In this document: positions 28,261 through 35,941 of the stretch, one piece after another
Layout: each line of letters opens with the position of its first letter
Numbering within the stretch: position 1 is the stretch's first letter
Origin: Eubacteriales bacterium
Lineage (GTDB): Bacteria; Bacillota; Clostridia; Oscillospirales; CAG-272
Direction of reading: 5' to 3'
Assembly: GCA_045612105.1 (NCBI GenBank)
Contig: JAZKYL010000113.1
Span: forward strand, 226,099-290,098
Length of the DNA: 64,000 nucleotides
Notes under the pieces: generated by a model
Told to the model about the DNA's origin: nothing
What the model saw: the letters and a program-made list of their open reading frames with translations, nothing else
Databases searched by the model: none
Translations under genes and position numbers: made by a program

Positions 28261-31200
28261 GGAGCGCGAGGAGAGCATATTTTGAAGGCGAAAAATCCTT
28301 ATATTTCGATGCTTACGCCCGAGCAGGTTGGTTTGGCGTATACTTACGGTCAGATGGACGGGCTACTGGAGAGGGGGAAAAATAAAAATTCGTCTGAGGT
28401 AGTAGAAGAAGCGAAGCCCGAATTTTTGGATAGCGAGAAGGTCGAGAAAGCGCAAGCGGAGGTTGACGCGGCAAAGAGAACTGACGGCAAAAAGAAAAAA
28501 GGCACCGTTATTTACGACGGTGACAGAAGCAAGCTTTCTGATATGCAGAAAAAATCTCTTGACGTATTGGATAAGGTTGCCGAGGCTCTTGGCGTTACGT
28601 TCCGCATTTACGAGTCTGAGAGGGTAAATGGAAAATTCGTTTACGAGAAGCCCGACGGTGTAAAGACGAGCGCTAACGGTTGGTATGATACCAAGACCGG
28701 TGAGATCTGGCTTGATATTAATGCCGGACTTAACGGAGAAGGTACGCTGATCTTTACCGCGGCGCATGAGCTGACGCACTTTATAAAGCAATGGTCGCCT
28801 GCAAAATTCAAGATCTTTGCAGACTTCCTGATTGAGCAGTACGGAGAGCGTGGAATTTCGATAGACGAGTTGGTTCAGAGACGGATCGACAAGAAAAAGA
28901 AAAACGGTGAAGATATAGACCCGGATGTAGCTTACGAGGAAGTAATCGCCGATTCTTGCGAAACCTTCCTTCGTGACAGCAATGCCGCTGAGAAGATAGC
29001 AGAGCTTCATCAGAAGGATGCAAGTCTTGCACAGAAGATAAAGCGATTCCTCAGTGATATGCTCAAGAGACTGCGCGAGCTGATGAACGGAATGGATCCC
29101 GATTCGCTTGAGGGAAAGATGGTTGCTGAGATGACGGGAAGCCTGGAACAGTTGCACAAGCTTTGGACCGACGCGCTCGCCGATGCTGGGGAGGCGTATT
29201 CGGGGGCGGAAGGTGTAGTAAACTCTGAAGGCGGTGTTAAGGAACAGGCGAGAAACGCTAAAAACACAAACGCACAATCAAATAGAACCTTTTCATACAA
29301 TGAGCTTGTGTCAAAGGGGGATCTTTATGGCGTAGTTGTTGATAAAAATCAGCAATTACAAATGAATGGTGGTGTAGTAGATGCGAACTGGCTTGTAAAT
29401 GAGGTGAAAAAGGGTTGCCAAATTAAAAATACCAAAGGAGGACCGGTATATTACGCAGAAGCACCTGATATTGGTAGAAATGTTGAAATTATCAGAGACG
29501 GAATAACTCACGGATTTAACAGACCAAATGACAAAAGAGCAGGTAAATCCACTCCTAATGCCATTATAAATGCTAAAGCATCATTAAATATCATTGAGTT
29601 ACTTCGTCATTCTATAGAAGTCAACAGATCTCAACGAGGTGCCAATAAAGATGTGCCTTATACTCATGTATTGATGGGAGTTATGGAAATCGAGAATGCT
29701 GCAGGGCAAGCAGAATATTATGCGGTTCGTAGCATGGTTCAAGAGAGAACAAATCTCAATCCTCTATTGGTTGAAGTTAACATATTGGGCAAGTTATCAT
29801 CCGTAAATGCAAAAAAAATAGGTTCGCCCGCTGCTCAGGCGGGTAAAAAAACCACAGCCCCTGCAGGTGGCATAACCTATTTTACCTATAGTATAGCAGA
29901 TTTTCTTCAAGATGTCAAGGGGGAATTTGACGATACTTTTTCAAATGATGTTTATGCACATTTTAATATGCAACGCCATGCTAATGATTTTTCGGCTAAT
30001 TTGATGTATTCCGACCGTGATCCTGATGCGCTCACAAACCGTGAGATCTTAGCTAATCTTCTTGAGAGCGAAGATATGTCACCTTCGGAGAAGGGATTCT
30101 TGACGAAGTACAAGAACAAGATCTCTCAGATCGAGGCTAATGAGGCGGAGATCGCCTCCATGGAGACCGAGCTGAAGGAGCTTCGGAAGGCAGGAAAGGG
30201 AGATTCTTCGAGGGCTATCACGCTTGAGGGGAAGATCGAGAACCGCCGCAAGGAGATCGCACGGGATGAGAATATGATCCTCAATCTTGAGTCTACCAAG
30301 CCTATTAAGGAGCTGTTGAAGCGTGAGAAGGATGCCGCTTACGCTGAGGGTATGCTTGCCGGGCAGATGGGGCAGGGAAGACGGGATGCCGCCAAGCTGC
30401 GCCGAGCCGAGGAGAAGCTTGCGGAACAGAAGCGCAAGGACGGTGAGACTCTTGCCGAGTACAGAAAGCGAGTTGTCGAGAGAGAGGCTGAGATCAAGCA
30501 GAAGAACCGTGAGAAGCTGGCAGAGCAGAGAGAGAAGGCACGAGAGAATCTTGATGCGCAGGCTAAGAGGTATCAGGCATCGAGAAAGGCTGCGACCGAG
30601 GGCAGACATAAGACTGCTATGCGCCACAAGATTGCAGACGTTGTCTCTGAGCTTGACAGACTTCTGCGCAAGGGAACTAAGGAGCGCAACGTTAAGATCG
30701 GGCTTCAGGATGCGGTTGCCTCTGCGCTTGAGCTTTTCGATATGAATTCGGAAAAGGTAGAAAGATACAACAAGGCTATTGCCGATCTGGATGCCCGTAT
30801 AGCTGCCGCCACCGATCCCGTAGAGATCGAGGCTCTTACTGCCCTTCGTGAGAAGAAGGTGAGAAACAGCGAGAGGCTTGCGGACAAGCTGCAGGTAATG
30901 AAGAAGGCTTACGAGGATATTCACAACGGTCGTGACGGTGAGAATTATCCTTCGTATTACAAGGCAGAGTGCGAGGCTATTGAGAACCGTATTGCCGAGG
31001 TCATGGAGAAGGTGGGAGACACGCCCATCGGGGATATGTCCCTCGAACAGCTTGAGGCGGTCTATAATATGTACCGCATGGTATTGACCACGGTGCAGAA
31101 TGCCAACAAGATATTCAAGGAGGGCAAGCTGGCTGATCTTACCGATGATGCTGCTGCTATGACCGCGGAGCTTCAGAGGATCAAGAAGCTTGCAGAGGAG

Positions 31201-32955
31201 AGGCTGAAGGCGGGGGATGACATTCGCAGCTTTGTATGGAACGAGCTGACACCTTATTACGCGTTCAACCGAATAGGCTGTGAGACGCTCATGAGCTACT
31301 ACCACGAGCTGATCCGCGGCCAGGACATTTATGCGCGAGATATTGAGGAAGCGCAGCAGTTTGCTGAGCAGACTCGAGAGAAGCACGGATACAACAAGTG
31401 GAAGCTTGATAAGGTACACAGCTTCAAGGACAAGGACGGAAGAGATTTCCGCTTGACGTTGCGGCACATGATGTCGATCTACGCTTACTCCAAGCGAGAG
31501 CAGGCATTTGACCACATGGAGAAGGGAGGCTTCTTCTTCAACAACAAGGAGACCTTCAGGAAGAAAGGTGGAGTGCTTAAGTTCATAGCCTCCAACGAGT
31601 CGGGATACAAGGTGGATGCTCGTATATTCGCTCAGATCAAGGGAGCATTGACCGCCGAGCAGATCGCTTACGTTGACGAGATGCAGGCTTACCTCACCCA
31701 GATGGGAGAGAAGGGCAACGAGGTCACGAGAGTGATGTGGGGAATTGATATCTTCAAGGAGGCTGTATATTTCCCGCTGAAATCGAAGGAGGATTTCATA
31801 TACCAGGCTAACACTCCTGCGGAGACGTCGTCTCTTAAAAACGACGGCATGACCAAGGAGACAAAGCCTCACGCCAGCAATCCCATCGTGCTTGAGTCCT
31901 TCGACGAGGTCTGGGCGAACCACGTGGAGAAGATGAGCAAGTATCACGGGTTTGTTATTCCGATCGATAACTTGAATAAGTTGGTCAACTATGGAACGTG
32001 GATGAGTGGGGAGAGTCAAACGGAACGGGTATTTTCTTCTAATAATGAAATAAGAACTGAGATTGGCGAAGAGGATAGGACTGCCGGCAAGATAGCTGCT
32101 GATTTTATCGATGACGTTTCAAAAATGCAAGATAAAGTCAAGCGCTCCAAACGAAAGAAAAAAATCGGACTTCCTTCCTCTGCACATATCGAGAAAATTG
32201 AAGCCCTAATAAAAACTATAAACGAAGATTTTTCTGCTGATGGATACGAAGTTTGGATTGACGGAACAGCAGTAGATCATCTTATGAGAAGGCATGGAGA
32301 AAATGGTGTTGCCGATCACTCTATGGCTTCAAGAGAAAGCAGAGAGCTTATACCGTGGGTGGTAAACAATCCGGACTCGGGCGAGTTAATTCGCAATACA
32401 GACGGAACATTAGATTTATCCAATAGGTATTTTAATGCAGATGGATCGAAAGCACCGCAAATACGAATGGAAAAGCAAATAGACGGTGATACGGTATACG
32501 TTTCCGAATGTGTGCCTGATAGTATTAATAAAAGAATTTATATTACCAGTGCATACATAAAAAAAGGTAGTACCGATCAACTGTTGAACATAGCTCCTAC
32601 AAGTGGAACTCCGCAACCTACGTCCGAAACGTCTTTTGATGGCAGTACTACCAATAGTAGTATATCACATCCTGGCGAAAATGTCAATAGGAATTTTTCG
32701 ACAAATTCAGAAATGGGCTCTCATTCGATCTCCACCATGCTCGAGGCGAGGTTTGGTCCGGGTGTCAACGAGTATCTCAACACCTTTATAAAAGACCTGA
32801 ACGGCGCAAAAGCGCAGAATGGCGGTGTTATGGGCGGAGTGTTCAACCTCCTCTCCAAGTTCAAAAAGACCTCTGTGGCGGCATCGCTTTCGGTCGTTGT
32901 TCAGCAGCCTACGGCGATCATCCGCGCGCTCAGCGAGATTGACGCGAGGTATTAA
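28048..32955 (+). CDS. Fragment of a phage/mobile-element large polyvalent protein (zincin-like HExxH domain, coiled coil, two nuclease-like variable domains); probably truncated at both ends
   Basis: NGWYD...IWLDINAG...AHELTH...EEVIAD metallopeptidase-like motif; module boundary motifs VKEQAR and MYSDRD; DHLMRRHG...VVNNPD...ITSAYIKK RNase-like domain; no RBS at ATG 28048; ends abruptly at ...SEIDARY. Confidence 0.75.
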   Translation: MRFTSSARAKDVRLAVAKTSGDYSPQGQARLFSAMFDMGENGTRGLMKLIGEARGVDLGNLAQAYNALYQVGARGEHILKAKNPYISMLTPEQVGLAYTYGQMDGLLERGKNKNSSEVVEEAKPEFLDSEKVEKAQAEVDAAKRTDGKKKKGTVIYDGDRSKLSDMQKKSLDVLDKVAEALGVTFRIYESERVNGKFVYEKPDGVKTSANGWYDTKTGEIWLDINAGLNGEGTLIFTAAHELTHFIKQWSPAKFKIFADFLIEQYGERGISIDELVQRRIDKKKKNGEDIDPDVAYEEVIADSCETFLRDSNAAEKIAELHQKDASLAQKIKRFLSDMLKRLRELMNGMDPDSLEGKMVAEMTGSLEQLHKLWTDALADAGEAYSGAEGVVNSEGGVKEQARNAKNTNAQSNRTFSYNELVSKGDLYGVVVDKNQQLQMNGGVVDANWLVNEVKKGCQIKNTKGGPVYYAEAPDIGRNVEIIRDGITHGFNRPNDKRAGKSTPNAIINAKASLNIIELLRHSIEVNRSQRGANKDVPYTHVLMGVMEIENAAGQAEYYAVRSMVQERTNLNPLLVEVNILGKLSSVNAKKIGSPAAQAGKKTTAPAGGITYFTYSIADFLQDVKGEFDDTFSNDVYAHFNMQRHANDFSANLMYSDRDPDALTNREILANLLESEDMSPSEKGFLTKYKNKISQIEANEAEIASMETELKELRKAGKGDSSRAITLEGKIENRRKEIARDENMILNLESTKPIKELLKREKDAAYAEGMLAGQMGQGRRDAAKLRRAEEKLAEQKRKDGETLAEYRKRVVEREAEIKQKNREKLAEQREKARENLDAQAKRYQASRKAATEGRHKTAMRHKIADVVSELDRLLRKGTKERNVKIGLQDAVASALELFDMNSEKVERYNKAIADLDARIAAATDPVEIEALTALREKKVRNSERLADKLQVMKKAYEDIHNGRDGENYPSYYKAECEAIENRIAEVMEKVGDTPIGDMSLEQLEAVYNMYRMVLTTVQNANKIFKEGKLADLTDDAAAMTAELQRIKKLAEERLKAGDDIRSFVWNELTPYYAFNRIGCETLMSYYHELIRGQDIYARDIEEAQQFAEQTREKHGYNKWKLDKVHSFKDKDGRDFRLTLRHMMSIYAYSKREQAFDHMEKGGFFFNNKETFRKKGGVLKFIASNESGYKVDARIFAQIKGALTAEQIAYVDEMQAYLTQMGEKGNEVTRVMWGIDIFKEAVYFPLKSKEDFIYQANTPAETSSLKNDGMTKETKPHASNPIVLESFDEVWANHVEKMSKYHGFVIPIDNLNKLVNYGTWMSGESQTERVFSSNNEIRTEIGEEDRTAGKIAADFIDDVSKMQDKVKRSKRKKKIGLPSSAHIEKIEALIKTINEDFSADGYEVWIDGTAVDHLMRRHGENGVADHSMASRESRELIPWVVNNPDSGELIRNTDGTLDLSNRYFNADGSKAPQIRMEKQIDGDTVYVSECVPDSINKRIYITSAYIKKGSTDQLLNIAPTSGTPQPTSETSFDGSTTNSSISHPGENVNRNFSTNSEMGSHSISTMLEARFGPGVNEYLNTFIKDLNGAKAQNGGVMGGVFNLLSKFKKTSVAASLSVVVQQPTAIIRALSEIDARY
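29811..29883 (-). ncRNA. Predicted ~73-nt antisense small RNA 1 embedded after first variable domain
   Basis: Starts at 7th nt after -10 box; 10-bp terminal stem AAAAUAGGUU/AACCUAUUUU, two internal hairpins, U8 end; prediction only. Confidence 0.6.
29890..29918 (-). promoter_or_regulatory. Intragenic antisense sigma-A promoter 1
   Basis: TTGACA-tcttgaagaaaatctgc(17)-TATACT with extended -10 TG. Confidence 0.75.
32559..32652 (-). ncRNA. Predicted ~94-nt antisense small RNA 2 embedded after RNase-like domain
   Basis: Starts at 7th nt after -10 box; 10-bp terminal stem GGUAGUACUG/CGGUACUACC, AUCAA/UUGAU, two internal arms, U7 end; prediction only. Confidence 0.65.
32659..32687 (-). promoter_or_regulatory. 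Intragenic antisense sigma-A promoter 2
   Basis: TTGACA-ttttcgccaggatgtga(17)-TATACT with extended -10 TG. Confidence 0.75.
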
Positions 32956-32979
32956 CCGCTTTATGACCTCGAATATTAA

Positions 32980-33018
32980 CTCAAAACGAAAGCAAATTGT
33001 ATCGTTTTGAGCCTTTTT
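32980..33018 (+). terminator. Putative terminator after polyvalent-protein fragment
   Basis: ctcaaaacga-12nt-tcgttttgag-ccttttt. Confidence 0.55.
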
Positions 33019-33115
33019 AGTTTATAGCGAGAAAATATATTGCTCATGTTAACCATTTCTTCATTTTTTTTTGATATAATAATTTAAATATTATGCAAAA
33101 TTTGGAGAAATAATT

Positions 33116-33559
33116 ATGAAAACCAAAGTAGAGATCAAAAAACTTGACGAAAGAGCAATAATCCCCACCTACGGTACCGAGTTTTCGGCAGGTGCTGATA
33201 TTTACGCGCTCCTTGACGAGCCCGTAACTATCGCTCCCGGCGAAACCAAGCTTATCCACACCGGACTTGCCATGGCTATTCCCGAAGGGCTTGTAGGGCT
33301 TAATTTTGCCCGTAGCGGCATGGCTACCAAGCGCGGCTTGGCTCCTGCAAATAAAGTGGGCGTTATCGACAGCGACTATCGCGGTGAGGTTATGGTGGCG
33401 CTTCACAATCACGGAAAAGAGCCTCAGACCATCGAGCATGGCGACCGAGTTGCGCAAATGGTATTTGTACCTTATTATGCCGCTGAATTTGAGATTTGTG
33501 ACGAGTTGAGTGAGACTCTTCGCGGCGAGGGCGGCTTCGGTTCTACAGGAACCAAGTAA
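33116..33559 (+). CDS. dut: dUTP diphosphatase
   Basis: SAGADI, ARSGMA, GVIDSDYRGE, RGEGGFGSTG. Confidence 0.96.
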   Translation: MKTKVEIKKLDERAIIPTYGTEFSAGADIYALLDEPVTIAPGETKLIHTGLAMAIPEGLVGLNFARSGMATKRGLAPANKVGVIDSDYRGEVMVALHNHGKEPQTIEHGDRVAQMVFVPYYAAEFEICDELSETLRGEGGFGSTGTK

Positions 33560-33573
33560 TTTTCCCAAAAATA

Positions 33574-33602
33574 TTGACTTTTCAGCTTATAAGGTTTATA
33601 AT
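33574..33602 (+). promoter_or_regulatory. sigma-A promoter for CobW operon
   Basis: TTGACT-17bp-TATAAT. Confidence 0.7.
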
Positions 33603-33644
33603 TTAAGTGTTATTATATCAATTATCTTTAGAAAGGCAAATAAA

Positions 33645-34937
33645 ATGACAAAAATCGACATATTTTCGGGATTTCTCGGTGCGGGAAAGACTACCCTTAT
33701 CAAAAAGCTTATAGAAGAAGCATATCACGGTGAAAAGCTGGTCCTTATCGAAAACGAATTCGGTGAGATTGGTATCGACGGCGGTTTCCTTGCCGAGGCA
33801 GGCATCAAGATCAACGAAATGAACTCGGGTTGTATCTGTTGCTCTCTTGTCGGTGACTTTGCTGTAGCGCTTAAGAAGGTTATCGATGAATACGCTCCCG
33901 ACCGCATCCTTATCGAGCCCTCAGGTGTTGGTAAACTCTCCGACGTTATCAAGGCGGTTGAGAACGCAGACACAGAGGGAGCTATCCTCAACGGCTTTAC
34001 CACCATCGTTGACGCAAACAAGTGCAAAATGCATATGAAGAACTTCGGTGAGTTCTTCAACGACCAGGTTGAAAATGCGGGATGTATCGTACTCAGCCAC
34101 ACGGGCAATATTTCCGAGCAGAAGATCGCGGATTGCGTAGTGCTTCTAAAGGAGCATAATGCTACCGCTGTAATCGTTTCCACACCTTGGGATCAGCTCA
34201 CGGGCGATCAGCTTCTTGAGGCTATGGAACGCAAGTCTACCCTTGAGGCAGAGATGAGCGAACTTGCCGAGGAGGCTCACGAGCATCATCACCACCATGG
34301 CGAGTGCTGCCACCACGATCACGATGAGGAACACGAGCATCATCACCACCACGGCGAGTGCTGCCACCTCGATCACGATGAGGAACACGAGCATCATCAC
34401 CACCACGGTGAGTGCTGTCACCACGATCACGATGAGGAACACGAGCATCATCACCACCACGGCGAGTGCTGCCACCACGATCACGATGAGGAGCATCACC
34501 ATCACCATCACCATCACGAATACGACGAGCACGGTAATTGCTCCTGCGGTCATCACCACGATGAGCATGAGCACCACCACGAATATGATGAGCACGGTAA
34601 TTGCTCCTGCGGTCACCATCATCACGATCATCACCACCATCACCATCATGCCGACGAGGTCTTCGTAAGCTACGGCGCTGAGACCACCAAGAAGTTCAAC
34701 GCTGACGCGCTTAAGGCGGCTCTTGAAAGCTTCACCGATGCTGAAAAGTACGGTATGATCCTTCGCGCGAAGGGTATCGTTGCCGCAGATGACGGCAGAT
34801 GGATCCACTTCGACTATATCCCCGGTGAGCCCGACGTACGTTTCGGCGGTGCAGGCGTTATCGGTCGACTCTGCGTTATCGGCTCTAAGCTTAACAAGGA
34901 TGCCGTATCCAAGGCTATCGGAGTAGAGCTGGCATAA
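33645..34937 (+). CDS. CobW/COG0523 G3E GTPase metallochaperone with long His/Cys-rich insert
   Basis: SGFLGAGKTT, ENEFGEIGID, GCICC, IEPSGVG, LRAKG C-domain; GAAAGG RBS before ATG 33645. Confidence 0.92.
   Translation: MTKIDIFSGFLGAGKTTLIKKLIEEAYHGEKLVLIENEFGEIGIDGGFLAEAGIKINEMNSGCICCSLVGDFAVALKKVIDEYAPDRILIEPSGVGKLSDVIKAVENADTEGAILNGFTTIVDANKCKMHMKNFGEFFNDQVENAGCIVLSHTGNISEQKIADCVVLLKEHNATAVIVSTPWDQLTGDQLLEAMERKSTLEAEMSELAEEAHEHHHHHGECCHHDHDEEHEHHHHHGECCHLDHDEEHEHHHHHGECCHHDHDEEHEHHHHHGECCHHDHDEEHHHHHHHHEYDEHGNCSCGHHHDEHEHHHEYDEHGNCSCGHHHHDHHHHHHHADEVFVSYGAETTKKFNADALKAALESFTDAEKYGMILRAKGIVAADDGRWIHFDYIPGEPDVRFGGAGVIGRLCVIGSKLNKDAVSKAIGVELA
34278..34649 (+). repeat. In-frame tandem repeats: 4 x 54 bp (HEHHHHHGECCHHDHDEE) then 2 x HHEYDEHGNCSCGHHH
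   Basis: Direct reading of DNA and protein. Confidence 0.95.
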
Positions 34938-34965
34938 TTTATTGTTATACAGAAAGGTTTTTGAA

Positions 34966-35916
34966 ATGGCACAACCTACAATCCCCGTATATCTTTTTAC
35001 CGGCTTTCTTGAAGGCGGTAAGACACACATAATTCAGGAGTCTATGGCAGACGAGCGCTTCAACACAGGAGAAAAGACCCTTATTATCCTCTGTGAAGAG
35101 GGAATCGAGGAGCTTGACGTATCCGAATTCAGCGGAAAGAACGTCTATCTTGCAACTCTTGACAGTGAAGCCGACGTTACCGCGGAGAAGCTTGAAGCCT
35201 GCCGCGACGGACACAAAATCGACCGTGTTATTATCGAGTATAACGGTATGTGGCAGTTGGCGAATCTTTATAACAATCTGCCCCGTGATTGGTTCATATT
35301 CCAGAATATGATGTTTGCGGACGCTAACACTTTCTTCACCTACAACCAGAATATGAGAAGTCTTATGGTAGACAAACTTATGTCCTGCGAGATGATCGTT
35401 CTGAACCGCACTCCCGATAATATTGACAAAGACGAGGTTCATAAGATCGTCCGCGGCATCTCCCGAAGAGCGACTATTACCTACGATTATCCCGACGGTC
35501 ACGTTGAATATGACGAGATCGAGGATCCCCTGCCTTTTGATATCGATGCAGACGTTATCGTAATTGAAGACGACGACTACGCGCTCTGGTACAGAGATCT
35601 CAGCGAGGAGATGGAGAAATACGACGGCAAAACCGTCAAGTTCAAGGGTGTAGTTGCAAGAGATATGAAGCTTGGCAAAGATGCTATCGTTATCGGCAGA
35701 CACGTTATGACCTGCTGTGTTGAGGATATCGCATACAGCGGTCTTGTCTGCAAGTTCAAGTCAGCGGTTGCGTATAAGAACTACGATTGGATCAACGTTC
35801 AGGGTAAGATCAAGATTGAGAAAAATAAGCTTTACGGCAGACCCGGTCCGGTTATCTATGCCGACAGCAGCGCATATACTGATAAACCAGAAAAGGAAGT
35901 AGCAACATTCTATTAA
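34966..35916 (+). CDS. CobW-like P-loop domain fused to TIGR03943/DUF1980-like C-terminal domain
   Basis: YLFTGFLEGGKT, IIEYNGMW, GRHVMTCCVEDI. Confidence 0.75.
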   Translation: MAQPTIPVYLFTGFLEGGKTHIIQESMADERFNTGEKTLIILCEEGIEELDVSEFSGKNVYLATLDSEADVTAEKLEACRDGHKIDRVIIEYNGMWQLANLYNNLPRDWFIFQNMMFADANTFFTYNQNMRSLMVDKLMSCEMIVLNRTPDNIDKDEVHKIVRGISRRATITYDYPDGHVEYDEIEDPLPFDIDADVIVIEDDDYALWYRDLSEEMEKYDGKTVKFKGVVARDMKLGKDAIVIGRHVMTCCVEDIAYSGLVCKFKSAVAYKNYDWINVQGKIKIEKNKLYGRPGPVIYADSSAYTDKPEKEVATFY

Positions 35917-35941
35917 AACTTTTATCGAAAGGAGCAGAGAT

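Noticed and set aside
30079-32019. 646-aa antisense ORF inside the polyvalent protein gene
   Set aside because: Coincides with the scaffold segment that avoids TTA/CTA/TCA codons; Leu/Val-rich with no motifs. A codon-bias shadow; the antisense promoter at 32687 should terminate at 32559 before reaching it.
29811-32652. The two predicted small RNAs as genuine tRNA genes
   Set aside because: No D-arm/T-arm consensus or 7-bp acceptor stem layout; at most loose mimics.
28020-32990. Prophage/transposon boundaries (att sites, target duplication, terminal inverted repeats)
   Set aside because: Only a 7-bp match (cgcttta) near both ends, expected by chance; no integrase or transposase in the window.
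33603-33626. Zur box upstream of CobW
   Set aside because: Only weak resemblance to the Zur palindrome; not supportable by eye.
34278-34493. 54-bp repeats as CRISPR
   Set aside because: No spacers; in-frame coding repeat of CobW.
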